Below are positions 9,693 to 18,839 of a stretch of 24,000 nucleotides of DNA, piece after piece; within the stretch, counting starts at the first letter, position 1; each line of letters starts with the position of its first letter. The translations under genes were made by a program, and so were the position numbers. This DNA is from an uncultured Thermoplasmata archaeon (GTDB lineage: Archaea > Thermoplasmatota > Thermoplasmata > GCA-020350865). The stretch is from positions 12,258-36,257 of the forward strand of contig CBDVCK010000006.1 in assembly GCA_965372465.1 (NCBI GenBank), written 5' to 3'. The notes below the pieces were generated by a model. It made no database searches and was not told the origin of the DNA. It saw only the letters and a program-made list of their open reading frames with translations.

Positions 9693-10433
9693 TCATTTCA
9701 TTTCCCCTATCCTCTTTAAAATAAACTTTAGATTTTTATTATTGTCAAATGTGTTTATCTCATTAATTATTGTCTTTTTATCGATTTCTTTTTCCCTGGA
9801 AATGGCAATGTGATCACAGATTCTGGGCAAAGCCCTGATTACATCATCCACTATAGTGACATGGGATGCCTTTGACGTTCTTGATAGGGGATTGAGATCT
9901 ATTGCGATTACGGTTTTTCCCATGTCTTTGAGCGCCATGGCACGATCTCCGTCCTCGAGAGGTATCAGGATTACATCCGCCTTCATTGTGCCCTCTTTTG
10001 TGGTTTGCGCCCTTTTATGCTCTAATTTCGGGATTTCTGCATCCGGTTGTTCTCCCAGCACTTCTTTTGCTCCGTAGTGTCTTAAAAGGTCCGCGATTTT
10101 CTTTACTCTCTCCTCAGTTCTGTAAAACAGGTTTATCTCCAGTTTTGCAGGGATGAGTCGAGTAAGTTTTACCATATCTTCTGGAACCAAGACCGCTGTG
10201 TTTCCGTTTACTGAGATTACAGGATGCTCTGCCAAAATTAGGTGAAAGGCAGCGATTTTCTCTGCCAAATCGGCTTCTGGAACCGTCTTTTCTCCTAGAA
10301 GGTAATCAAAGGCCTCTCCCCTGCCATGGGCAATGAGGCCTGCCCCGGCAACTATTCCTGCCTTCATCCCTTCTATGATCTTCTCCCTTTTCATAAGGGA
10401 TTCATATCTGGGATGGGATTTCGGGACATGCAT
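9693..10433 (-). CDS. 4-phosphopantoate--beta-alanine ligase (archaeal phosphopantothenate synthetase, COG1701 type)
   Basis: The N-terminus HPRYESLMKREKIIEGMKAGIVAGAGLIAHGRGEAFDYLLGE matches my memory of the archaeal-specific CoA-pathway enzyme family. I cannot run a domain search here. Confidence 0.75.
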   Translation of the reverse strand: MHVPKSHPRYESLMKREKIIEGMKAGIVAGAGLIAHGRGEAFDYLLGEKTVPEADLAEKIAAFHLILAEHPVISVNGNTAVLVPEDMVKLTRLIPAKLEINLFYRTEERVKKIADLLRHYGAKEVLGEQPDAEIPKLEHKRAQTTKEGTMKADVILIPLEDGDRAMALKDMGKTVIAIDLNPLSRTSKASHVTIVDDVIRALPRICDHIAISREKEIDKKTIINEINTFDNNKNLKFILKRIGEMK

Positions 10434-10542
10434 GAGACAGTGATTGTAATCAATTGGATTAATGCTTTTTGTTTTTTCATCCCTGAACTCATTCTAGTTC
10501 AACCCTGAGGAATATTCTCTTTCCTAAAATAACTTAAAAATT

Positions 10543-11547
10543 TCATACACTCCAACTGTACTCGATCCCACCAGCAACTCTCAACTTAAGTGAGGATTCC
10601 CCTGTCAGGCTTACCGATATACTCAGCTCCTCGGAATCGCTGGGAATAGTGCCAAGAGAGCTTTCAAATGTATTTGGACCGAAAATTCGTCTCATGGCCT
10701 CAATCTCCGAGGTTGGGTCCTTTAAAACCAATGTCCCTCCTGAGGCATCACCGGTTTCTATTTCAAAATGGTATATAAGAGAGTCGAAAGGCCCCCAGTC
10801 TGGATGACCTTGTATTATGGAGTTAAAAACATCCAAAACAGGTGCTGCGAAGAGTTCATCGAAGAGGTCCACACCCCGAACGAAGTGCACCTCCCCTGCA
10901 AAACCCCTTCCATGGGATACCAGGCTCATCTCGAGCTCGGGGGTCCCAAATGGGTCCTCCAAGATCAGTGAATGTATCCACTTTGCAGAGTCATCATACG
11001 AATAGACAAGCCTCTCACCATTGGGTGATGTGGCTTGGATTTCCACAAGAATGGTCCTCCCGCTGGTTGGAAGATTTACGCTCTTAATGTCAGTTACCTT
11101 GGCATTGAACTCTTCCACATCGAACATCGAAAATTTCCATTCCTTGCCTTTTTTTAATGGAAATGAGAACATGGGCTGAGCAATTCCCTTCTCGTAGACT
11201 GATAGATCCTCCATTGTTATCCTTCCCAGCATGGGATTATAATTCAATACGGCATGGCGCTGTGCGTCAAGGCGGGAAGCCACTCCCACCTGATAGTCTT
11301 CCCCATCGTCTTGGGCTACCACTATTCTGGATGTGGCATCCTCTATTTCCGGGGTTTTGAAGGAATATGTCCAGTATTTTCCCGCGCTCCATTCTGGAGT
11401 ATCAACCTCATCCGGAATAGAACCGTATTCTGAGAGTTCAACATATCCTGTTAGAAGAGCGGCACCCATTACGAATCCGATAATAAAAATACCAATAATC
11501 GTAACAAATGAAACCGATAACTTCCTTTTATAGTTCATGGCCTTCAA
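10543..11547 (-). CDS. N-terminally membrane-anchored extracytoplasmic protein of unknown function
   Basis: 334-aa ORF. A single N-terminal TM segment (VSFVTIIGIFIIGFVMGAALLTG) follows a basic stretch. The rest is soluble-looking. The internal + strand ORFs are shadows. Confidence 0.7.
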   Translation of the reverse strand: MKAMNYKRKLSVSFVTIIGIFIIGFVMGAALLTGYVELSEYGSIPDEVDTPEWSAGKYWTYSFKTPEIEDATSRIVVAQDDGEDYQVGVASRLDAQRHAVLNYNPMLGRITMEDLSVYEKGIAQPMFSFPLKKGKEWKFSMFDVEEFNAKVTDIKSVNLPTSGRTILVEIQATSPNGERLVYSYDDSAKWIHSLILEDPFGTPELEMSLVSHGRGFAGEVHFVRGVDLFDELFAAPVLDVFNSIIQGHPDWGPFDSLIYHFEIETGDASGGTLVLKDPTSEIEAMRRIFGPNTFESSLGTIPSDSEELSISVSLTGESSLKLRVAGGIEYSWSV

Positions 11548-11654
11548 CCGCGGTTTGCATATTTGTTATGCTTTATTATAAATGTTTTCATTTTTTGTCC
11601 TAAATCACCCCCATTCGCATAAATTTCATTAACTAGAAAGATATTATCCCAATA

Positions 11655-12722
11655 ATGGTCGAAGAGGACAGCATTAAAAAATGGCTTGAGGAATACGATA
11701 GGGACAATTTGGTTATATCAACATTATGTTCCCATACGAGCCTTCAGATTTTTAACGGTGCCCGAAAAGAGGGGTTCAGGACTCTGGGTATTTCAATCGG
11801 TCCCCCTTCCAAATTCTATGAAGCCTTCCCCAACGGAAAACCTGATGAATTTTTCGTGGTGGACAATCACAAGGCCATTTTGGATAAGGCTGAGGAACTT
11901 CGAGAGAAAAACGCAATCCTGATTCCTCATGGCTCCTTTGTTGAGTACCTGGGTTCCGAAAATTTCGAGAAAATCGAGGTTCCCACATTCGGAAACAGGA
12001 AAGTCCTTAACTGGGAGTCATCAAGGATCAAAGAAAGGGAATGGCTGGAAAGTGCCGGGGTTAACATGCCCGGATTGTTCCACAGCCCGGAGAAAATCGA
12101 CAGGCCTGTTGTTGTTAAGTTCGACGGGGCCAAAGGTGGAAGAGGCTTTTTTATAGTGAAAAATTTTGAGGAATTCAAAAAGGTCAATCCCACTGAGAAA
12201 TACAGCATCCAGGAATATGTCCTTGGAACCAGATACTACCTGCACTATTTCTACTCTCCCATAAAAGAAGAAGGGTACAAACTCTCCAAAGGAACCCTGG
12301 AATTACTTTCCATTGACAGACGGGATGAGACCAATATCGATGAGATGTACAAACTGGGTTCCCAGGAGGAACTGAAAAAATTGGATATCTATCCCAGTTT
12401 TGTTGTAACGGGTAATGTACCATTGACAATCAGAGAATCCCTTTTAAATGAAGTGTTGGACATGGGGGAAAAGGTGGTGGAGAAATCTTTCGAGCTTTTC
12501 GGGGGTATAATCGGACCCTTCTGTCTTGAGACCATAGTGAACGACAAACTGGAATTCAAGGTGTTCGAGGTCTCGGCAAGGATTGTAGCAGGTACCAATC
12601 CATTCATCTCGGGATCGCCATATTCTGATTTTGTGGCCCCGAACCTTTCCACAGGGAGGAGAATCGCCCAGGAGATCTTGATGGCAGATGAGCTGGACCG
12701 ATTGGATGAGGTTCTGAGCTGA
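11655..12722 (+). CDS. purP: 5-formaminoimidazole-4-carboxamide ribonucleotide (FAICAR) synthetase, formate/ATP-dependent (ATP-grasp)
   Basis: 355 aa. ISTLCSHTSLQIFNGARKEGFRTLGI at the N-terminus and a C-terminal ATP-grasp half (FEVSARIVAGTN) are typical of archaeal PurP. There is no SD. An A/T box ~30 nt upstream suggests a leaderless mRNA. Confidence 0.9.
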   Translation: MVEEDSIKKWLEEYDRDNLVISTLCSHTSLQIFNGARKEGFRTLGISIGPPSKFYEAFPNGKPDEFFVVDNHKAILDKAEELREKNAILIPHGSFVEYLGSENFEKIEVPTFGNRKVLNWESSRIKEREWLESAGVNMPGLFHSPEKIDRPVVVKFDGAKGGRGFFIVKNFEEFKKVNPTEKYSIQEYVLGTRYYLHYFYSPIKEEGYKLSKGTLELLSIDRRDETNIDEMYKLGSQEELKKLDIYPSFVVTGNVPLTIRESLLNEVLDMGEKVVEKSFELFGGIIGPFCLETIVNDKLEFKVFEVSARIVAGTNPFISGSPYSDFVAPNLSTGRRIAQEILMADELDRLDEVLS

Positions 12723-12740
12723 GAAAATTCATTTTTATCC

Positions 12741-14297
12741 TCAATGTTTAAACAGCCTGACTCCTGAAAATACCATGGACACACCGTGCTCGTTGGCTGC
12801 TGCAATGACCTCGTCGTCCCTTACAGAACCGCCTGGCTGGATAATGGCTGCAACTCCGAATTTTGCTGCCGCGTCAATACCGTCTCTGAACGGGAAGAAT
12901 GCATCAGACGACATCACACTGCCCTTGGCTGCATCCCCCGCCTTGCGTGCCGCAATCATGGAGGCGTCAACCCTGCTCATCTGTCCTGCTCCGATACCCA
13001 CGGTCTGCTCACCTTGGGCAAGGAGAATGGAATTTGATTTCACATGTTTTAGGACTTTACATGCAAATACCATGGTTTTTAGCTCTGCTTCAGTGGGTTT
13101 CTTTTCTGTTACAACTTTTAGCTCCTCCAATTTCAAATCCGGAAATGCACCCGTCTGGACCAAAAGACCGCCTTTCACCTTCATCATCTTGTGCTCCACT
13201 GGTGACTCGCGGACAATGACTGTTCCGGTCTTAAGCAGCCTGATGCTTTTCTTCTTGGAGAGAAGCTCCATTGCATCGGGATGAAAGTCAGGAGCAATTA
13301 CCGCTTCCACGAAATGCTTCTTTATCTCCTCTGCTGTTGCCAAATCACAGTCCCTGTTCAATCCAACCACGCTTCCGAAGGCGGAAAGTGAATCCGCAGC
13401 CTCAGCGATTCTGTACGCTTCTGAAATTGAATCGGAACTTGCCACACCGCATGGGTTGGTGTGTTTGATAACGGATGATGTGGGCCTTTCAAAATCCATC
13501 ACTATATCCAATGCGGAATCCAAATCTATGATATTATTGAACGAAAGCTCCTTTCCATGAAGCTTTGTGGCATTACCCACACATACCCCCTGGAACCTGG
13601 TATTCCTGTAAAAGGCCGCCTTCTGATGAGGGTTTTCCCCGTATCTCAGATCCAATGCCTTCTCGTACCCCAGACTCATGACCTCCGGGAAGGGTTGAGC
13701 CGGTGTAAATTTCTTCTGGAGATAGTCAGAAATAATGCTGTCGTATTTTGCTGTATGCTCAAAGGCCTCAAGTGCAAGCTTGGATGAAAAATCATTTGAA
13801 ATACCACCACTGTTGTTCCTAAGCTCGTCGAGGATTTCGCTATATCTGCCTGGATTTACAACCACAGCCACTCCATTATGATTCTTTGCAGCAGAACGTA
13901 TCATAGTGGGGCCACCGATGTCGATGTTCTCCACCGCTTCTTCAATACTTACATCCTTCTTTTTTATTGTTTGCTCGAAGGGATAGAGATTAACGACAAC
14001 CATGTCTATTGGTGTGATGCCGTGCTCGGCAAGCTGCGACATATGTTTTTCAGAATCCCGCATGGCAAGTATGCCCCCGTGAACAAGTGGATGAAGCGTT
14101 TTTACCCTTCCGTTCAGCATCTCAGGAAATTTTGTGTACTCTGAAACCAGTGTTACAGGCACTCCTTTTTCCTTAAGAAGCTTTGCTGTGCCTCCGGTGG
14201 ACAATATATCCACATCAAGACCCGCAAGACCTTTTGCAAATTCCACAATACCATCCTTATCCGAAACACTAATCAATGCGCGATTTACCTTGATCAA
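12741..14297 (-). CDS. purH: Bifunctional AICAR formyltransferase / IMP cyclohydrolase
   Basis: 518 aa. N-terminal MGS-like cyclohydrolase domain (ALISVSDKDGIVEFAK...STGGTAK...GRVKTLHP). C-terminal transformylase domain (YGENPHQ, GAGQMSRVD, SDAFFPFRDGID, IIQPGGSVRD). Confidence 0.95.
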   Translation of the reverse strand: MIKVNRALISVSDKDGIVEFAKGLAGLDVDILSTGGTAKLLKEKGVPVTLVSEYTKFPEMLNGRVKTLHPLVHGGILAMRDSEKHMSQLAEHGITPIDMVVVNLYPFEQTIKKKDVSIEEAVENIDIGGPTMIRSAAKNHNGVAVVVNPGRYSEILDELRNNSGGISNDFSSKLALEAFEHTAKYDSIISDYLQKKFTPAQPFPEVMSLGYEKALDLRYGENPHQKAAFYRNTRFQGVCVGNATKLHGKELSFNNIIDLDSALDIVMDFERPTSSVIKHTNPCGVASSDSISEAYRIAEAADSLSAFGSVVGLNRDCDLATAEEIKKHFVEAVIAPDFHPDAMELLSKKKSIRLLKTGTVIVRESPVEHKMMKVKGGLLVQTGAFPDLKLEELKVVTEKKPTEAELKTMVFACKVLKHVKSNSILLAQGEQTVGIGAGQMSRVDASMIAARKAGDAAKGSVMSSDAFFPFRDGIDAAAKFGVAAIIQPGGSVRDDEVIAAANEHGVSMVFSGVRLFKH

Positions 14298-14420
14298 TTT
14301 CTCACTTCCCTTATTATTACCCCCCTTATTCGGGCTTGTAGGGTAACGGTTTGCGACTAAAAAAACTTGTTGCCATAAACATGTGACCTAATCCATAAAT
14401 CCCGTATACTTTCCGAAGCC

Positions 14421-14430
14421 TATTTAAATC
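14421..14430 (+). promoter_or_regulatory. TATA-box candidate for the methyltransferase gene
   Basis: tatttaaatc sits ~40 nt upstream of the ATG at 14467, with an AGGAGAGGAG SD between them. Confidence 0.4.
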
Positions 14431-14466
14431 CTAAAACCATTGCGGGCAACAAGGAGAGGAGAAAAA

Positions 14467-15246
14467 ATGTTAGTGATAAGCGAACGTATCAACGGTTTAT
14501 TCAAATCGGTGGGAAAGGCAATTGAGGAGAAAAATGCTGAGGCAATTCAACAACTAGCCTTGGAACAGGTAAAGGCTGGCTCAGATATACTGGATTTGAA
14601 CACAGGACCAGGCATGGATAATGAACCAGAGGTTATGGAGTGGCTGGTAAAAACGATTCAGGATGTCACAGATGTCCAGCTTTCCATTGATACCCCCAAG
14701 CCCGAGGCAATGGAAGCTGGTTTGAAGGCCGTGAACAAGAAGGCACTTTTGAATTCGACAACTGCGGAACAAAGCAGGATGGAGGCACTTTTTCCCCTTG
14801 TAAAGGAGTACGATGCAGAGGTAGTATGCCTCACACTTGATGAGAAAGGTATACCTAATGATGCCATGAAAAGAAATGAGCTGGCAATGCTCATGATCAC
14901 AACGGCAATGGGATATGATATTCCAACGGATAACATCTACATTGACCCACTTATCCTTCCGGTGGGGGCTGCTCAAAATCAGGGTCCATTGGTCATCGAG
15001 GCAATAAACATGTTCAAAATGCTTTCTGATCCCGCACCCAAGACCGTTGTCGGTTTAAGCAACATCTCCAATGGAGCAAAGCAAAGATCCCTCCTAAACA
15101 GAACATACCTTGCCATGCTAATGGGGGCAGGTCTCACAGCGGCAATCATGGATCCCAATGATGAGGAACTGATGAAGATAGCAAAAACTGGAGACATATT
15201 GCTCAACAAGAGTCTGTATGCCCATGATTATCTGCAGGTTAGGTAA
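14467..15246 (+). CDS. acsE: Methyltetrahydrofolate:corrinoid methyltransferase (pterin-binding, AcsE/MeTr family)
   Basis: From the ATG at 14467 (the track starts at a TTG at 14440) the protein is colinear with Moorella AcsE as I remember it: ML(V/I)I(S/G)ERING, LDLN(T/V)GP, MEWLV, INST, LYIDPLILP, LADPAPKTV(V/L)GLSN(I/V)S, NRT(Y/F)LAM. The symbol is given by homology only. The physiological partner is unknown. Confidence 0.8.
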   Translation: MLVISERINGLFKSVGKAIEEKNAEAIQQLALEQVKAGSDILDLNTGPGMDNEPEVMEWLVKTIQDVTDVQLSIDTPKPEAMEAGLKAVNKKALLNSTTAEQSRMEALFPLVKEYDAEVVCLTLDEKGIPNDAMKRNELAMLMITTAMGYDIPTDNIYIDPLILPVGAAQNQGPLVIEAINMFKMLSDPAPKTVVGLSNISNGAKQRSLLNRTYLAMLMGAGLTAAIMDPNDEELMKIAKTGDILLNKSLYAHDYLQVR

Positions 15247-15266
15247 AGGGGGCAATCCCTTTTTAT
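15245..15266. terminator. Hairpin plus T-run between the convergent methyltransferase and flavodoxin-like genes
   Basis: aaaggg-ggcaat-cccttt followed by further T residues, located just after the stop at 15246. Confidence 0.5.
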
Positions 15267-15284
15267 TACAGGTGGTTATAATTT

Positions 15285-15716
15285 TTATTCTATTATTGTA
15301 GCCACGAATTCCTCAAGTTTTTGCTGGTAACCATCTTCCAATGGTCCTTTCATGCCAGTGACTTTGATTTTTAGTCCTTCCGAGACCTTTGTCATGCCTT
15401 TTTGGGAAAGAAGCTCCTCCATCTTTTGGAGGGTTTTTGTCTTGGGATCAAGGTCTGTTGCTAAAAGTGCATACTTGCTCTCCTTTCCACTAATGTTCAT
15501 TTTTTTCAGGAATTTCTTCATTTTTCCAGGGGGGTTACCAACATGGGTTGGAGAACTGAAAATATAGAGGTCTGCCTGGGGTATGGAAGTCGGTTTGATC
15601 TCACGAATGGATGAAATATTGACATCATGCCCTATTTGACTGATCGTGCGTTCCAGATGCTCTGCACATTTTTTCCCATTCCCATATTTTGTCTCATACG
15701 CAATAAAAACCTTCAT
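15285..15716 (-). CDS. Flavodoxin-like protein
   Basis: 143 aa. MKVFIAYETKYGNGKKCAE (an FMN phosphate-loop-like T.YGN motif) and IFSSPTHVGNPP are typical of short flavodoxin-fold proteins. Confidence 0.7.
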   Translation of the reverse strand: MKVFIAYETKYGNGKKCAEHLERTISQIGHDVNISSIREIKPTSIPQADLYIFSSPTHVGNPPGKMKKFLKKMNISGKESKYALLATDLDPKTKTLQKMEELLSQKGMTKVSEGLKIKVTGMKGPLEDGYQQKLEEFVATIIE

Positions 15717-15791
15717 CTCTTCACCCGGAGGTTAAATGTTGTTCGATTTAATAAATCTTTCATAATCCAAGAAAAATTATCGTTATTCGAA

Positions 15792-16685
15792 CTAAATCTC
15801 CACACTTTTGGCTTCTTTCCACCTTTTCCAGGTTTTATGAGCCTCGAAGGATGAAAAGAAGAACAATGCCATTGCGATAAGCAGCTCTCTGATTTCAAAT
15901 CCAACATTGTATGTTAAGTAACTGGCTGTTTCCAAATTCACATTTATTGTTATAACAATGGAGCCCATCAAAGCCACTAATAAAAACTGAACGAAAGGAT
16001 ACCTGAAACTACTAAAGAAGTTCGAAAATCTCCCTGAAAGAATGATGAGAACAGGAATAAATAAGGCTATTACCGCAAGGGGGATAAACCAATAGAATCC
16101 CGGGTAGGAGTAAAAGACCAATGAGATGCAAAAGCAGGCAATCAGGTTGTGGTTCACAACCGGCATTTGGAGTTTTTCAAAAATCCCAGCAGCCCATCTG
16201 GATCCCAATTTGAGGAGCGGAAATATAATACCTATGGTAATGAGAAAGAGGGCCATGAGAACGTGCATCCAGGTCAGTGAATTTTCAATCCCGATGTTGT
16301 GAACCGTTGTCTCACCCTGCATGTTCACTTCTTCAAGGCCTTCAGGGGTGGAGAATCCGAACAATCGCTGTCCATAGCTTAGCTCCTCGAGAAAAAAGAA
16401 GAGAAACATACCCATAAAGAGAATGTAAAAGAGGCGCAGCCGCAATGCATGGCCCTTGACTTTTGAAGTCATGAAAAATGCAAATCCCCAAAGACAGGCA
16501 CCGAATAGGAATAACAATGCCTGCATATATTCTATGAGTGCATCCTCCTTCATGATTTCCACAGTACTTTCAAAATCCAAGAATGCATAGATGATTAGGA
16601 TTAGACCAGTTAAGAAAAATAGTAGAAGGATGAGGATACTTATTGGGCATCTTTTCTTTAACTTTTGAATCCTGCTCATCTTCAC
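15792..16685 (-). CDS. Polytopic integral membrane protein of unknown function
   Basis: 297-aa ORF consisting almost entirely of hydrophobic segments (about 8 predicted by eye). No recognisable motif. Confidence 0.7.
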   Translation of the reverse strand: MKMSRIQKLKKRCPISILILLLFFLTGLILIIYAFLDFESTVEIMKEDALIEYMQALLFLFGACLWGFAFFMTSKVKGHALRLRLFYILFMGMFLFFFLEELSYGQRLFGFSTPEGLEEVNMQGETTVHNIGIENSLTWMHVLMALFLITIGIIFPLLKLGSRWAAGIFEKLQMPVVNHNLIACFCISLVFYSYPGFYWFIPLAVIALFIPVLIILSGRFSNFFSSFRYPFVQFLLVALMGSIVITINVNLETASYLTYNVGFEIRELLIAMALFFFSSFEAHKTWKRWKEAKSVEI

Positions 16686-16735
16686 TCAACATTGAGAATA
16701 AAGATTCATGTAAATCTATTTTGCTATCCTTAAAA

Positions 16736-16761
16736 AATAGCCCCGGGTGGATTCAGGAACC
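16736..16761 (-). repeat. Orphan duplicate of the 3' end (T-loop to 3 nt past the discriminator) of the adjacent tRNA-Gln-like gene
   Basis: aatagccccgggtggattc (16736-16754) is identical to 16845-16863. Similarity continues as aggaacc versus gaacc with a 2-nt indel. Same orientation as the tRNA, ~90 bp downstream of it. Confidence 0.8.
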
Positions 16762-16784
16762 CGCTTTTTTCATAAAAAAGTGGG
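16760..16784 (-). terminator. Hairpin with U-run downstream of the glnS-proximal tRNA
   Basis: cccgctttttt-cat-aaaaaagtggg forms an 11-bp stem with one G.U pair. Either strand reads a stem containing a T6 run. Confidence 0.5.
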
Positions 16785-16846
16785 CCAAATAAAGGGCATC
16801 TGTTTTGGGAAATTGATAATATCCGATAGCCCGAAATGTGAAATAA

Positions 16847-16920
16847 TAGCCCCGGGTGGATTCGAACCACCGTCTCGGGATCCAGAATCCCGAATGATTG
16901 ACCAGCTACAATACGGGGGT
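16847..16920 (-). tRNA. tRNA-Gln(CUG)-like, divergent; possibly a pseudogene
   Basis: The minus strand folds as ACCCCCG UA UUGU AGCUGGUCAA UCAU U CGGGA UUCUGGA UCCCG AGAC GGUGG UUCGAAU CCACC CGGGGCU A (74 nt). The anticodon and T arms are perfect, with GG in the D loop and an A1-U72 pair. Defects are a C2.C71 mismatch, a D stem with only 2 Watson-Crick pairs (U10, U22), and discriminator A73. Confidence 0.6.
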
Positions 16921-17014
16921 ATTTGGCTTAGACATTACTGGTATCAAATACCCCCTATTAGTCAGAAAAGTGCCTGGAGGATGTCGAATTTTCTTTTCTT
17001 ACTACTACGGGGCT
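16915..17014 (-). promoter_or_regulatory. Two-hairpin upstream module, copy a (H2 + H1 + orphan tRNA-Gln 5' fragment)
   Basis: H2: gggggtatttg (16915-25) / caaataccccc (16945-55), perfect 11 bp with a 19-nt loop. H1: gtcagaaaag (16961-70) / cttttcttac (16993-17002), 9 of 10 bp with a 22-nt loop. The fragment tactacggggct (17003-14) reads AGCCCCGUAGUA on the minus strand. Confidence 0.6.
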
Positions 17015-17074
17015 TTTTGATTTGTAAGGTATGTGAAAATAAAGTTAAAACTTTATTATTTCAAAAGGGCGGTT

Positions 17075-18760
17075 CTATTTCTTCTGCTGCTGCTTCTGAA
17101 TCTTGGCCCAGGTGTCCCGAAGGCCTACTGTCCTATTGAAGACCAGTTTTTCTGATATCGAATCTGGGTCCACGCAGAAGTACCCCAAACGCTCGAACTG
17201 TATTCTATCAAGTGGCTTTAAATCCTTAACTGCCGGCTCCACCTTGCACCGTGAGAGCACCTCAAGAGAGTTGGGGTTTATGAAATCCTTGAAATTTGCA
17301 TCCTTCTGCCCAGACGGATCAGGTACCGTGAACAGCTTGTCGTATAGTCTTACCTCGCAATCCAGGGCATGGGCAGCTGAGACCCAGTGAAGCGTGGATT
17401 TAACCTTGCGTCCATCGGGAGCGTTGCCCCCTTTGGTTTCTGGATCCACTGTGCATCTGAGCTCGACAATCTTCCCATCCTCCTTTATGGCTTCCTTGCA
17501 GGAAACAAAATAAGCATATCTGAACCTGACCTCCCTTCCAGGAGCCAATCTGTAGAATTTCTTGGGGGGGTCCTCCATGAAATCCTCCTGCTCTATGTAG
17601 AGCTCCCTGGAAAAAGGGACCTTACGGGTTCCGGCTTTTGGGTCCTCTGGATTGTTCACTGCCTCCATATCCTCTGTTTTATCTTCAGGATAATTTTCGA
17701 TAACCACCTTCAATGGACGAAGAACTCCCATGAACCTTGGAGCCGTTTTATTAAGGTCGTCACGGACGCAGTGCTCCAAGAATTCGAAATCTACATTACT
17801 GTTGACCTTGGCCACTCCGATTCGCTTGGCAAAGGCCCGAATCGCGGAAGGTGAATAACCGCGTTTTCGTATACCACTTATAGTAGGTAGTCTTGGATCG
17901 TCCCACCCCGAAACATGGCCTCCATCCACCAACATCTTAAGCAAGCGTTTACTCATCACAGTATAGGTAATGTTCAACCTTGCAAACTCGATCTGCTGTG
18001 GATGATATACCTCTATTTGATCTAAAAACCAATCGTACAGGGGTCTATGGTTTTCAAACTCCAATGTGCAAATGGAATGGGTGATGTTCTCAATGGAATC
18101 TTCAAGTCCATGGGCCCAGTCGTACATTGGATATATACACCATTTATCACCTGTATTATGATGGCTGGCATGTAAGATCCTATAGACAATGGGGTCCCGC
18201 ATGTTCATATTGGGGTGAGTCATATCTATCTTGGCCCGTAGCACCTTTTCACCATCGCCAAATTCCCCGGCCCTCATGCGTTCGAAAAGGTCAAGATTCT
18301 CCTCAATTGAGCGGTTTCGATAGGGGCTGTTCTCTCCGGGAGTGGTCCAGGTCCCGCGTGTTTTGCTAATCTCTTCGGCTGTTGAATCGTCAACGTAAGC
18401 CTTGCCTTTTTTTGTTAATTGCACTGCATATTCGTACATCTGATCAAAATAATCTGATGCGAAAAAGAGTCTGTCTTCCCAATCGAATCCAAGCCAGCGG
18501 ACATCCTCGATAATGGATTTTACATATTCCTCCTCTTCCTTGGCAGGATTAGTATCGTCGAACCTCAAATTGCACTTGCCTTTGTATTCCTCTGCAATCC
18601 CGAAGTTCAGGCAGATGGACTTTGCATGTCCGATGTGGAGGTAGCCGTTGGGCTCAGGGGGGAATCTGGTGTGCACTCTTCCTCCGTATTTGTTGGTTCT
18701 CAGGTCTTCATTGATGATGTCGCGGATGAAATCGCGTCTTGAAGGTTCTTTTTCACTCAT
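17075..18760 (-). CDS. glnS: Glutaminyl-tRNA synthetase, bacterial type
   Basis: From the ATG at 18760 ([20 protein letters not shown]...) the 561-aa protein is colinear with E. coli GlnS as I remember it: [27 protein letters not shown] (HIGH), [26 protein letters not shown] (KMSKS), [39 protein letters not shown]. The track's 40-codon N-terminal extension (to 18880) runs into repeat A1 and is not credible. Confidence 0.92.
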   Translation of the reverse strand: MSEKEPSRRDFIRDIINEDLRTNKYGGRVHTRFPPEPNGYLHIGHAKSICLNFGIAEEYKGKCNLRFDDTNPAKEEEEYVKSIIEDVRWLGFDWEDRLFFASDYFDQMYEYAVQLTKKGKAYVDDSTAEEISKTRGTWTTPGENSPYRNRSIEENLDLFERMRAGEFGDGEKVLRAKIDMTHPNMNMRDPIVYRILHASHHNTGDKWCIYPMYDWAHGLEDSIENITHSICTLEFENHRPLYDWFLDQIEVYHPQQIEFARLNITYTVMSKRLLKMLVDGGHVSGWDDPRLPTISGIRKRGYSPSAIRAFAKRIGVAKVNSNVDFEFLEHCVRDDLNKTAPRFMGVLRPLKVVIENYPEDKTEDMEAVNNPEDPKAGTRKVPFSRELYIEQEDFMEDPPKKFYRLAPGREVRFRYAYFVSCKEAIKEDGKIVELRCTVDPETKGGNAPDGRKVKSTLHWVSAAHALDCEVRLYDKLFTVPDPSGQKDANFKDFINPNSLEVLSRCKVEPAVKDLKPLDRIQFERLGYFCVDPDSISEKLVFNRTVGLRDTWAKIQKQQQKK

Positions 18761-18800
18761 AATGAGTCCCCAGTTGTTTAAAAGGTCTATAATTGTTTTC

Positions 18801-18812
18801 ATTATAAATATT
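18801..18812 (-). promoter_or_regulatory. TATA-box candidate for glnS
   Basis: The minus strand reads aatatttataat ~45 nt upstream of the ATG at 18760, between element A1 and the start codon. Confidence 0.4.
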
Positions 18813-18839
18813 TGGGTTAAACTCTCAAATGTAAAGAAA

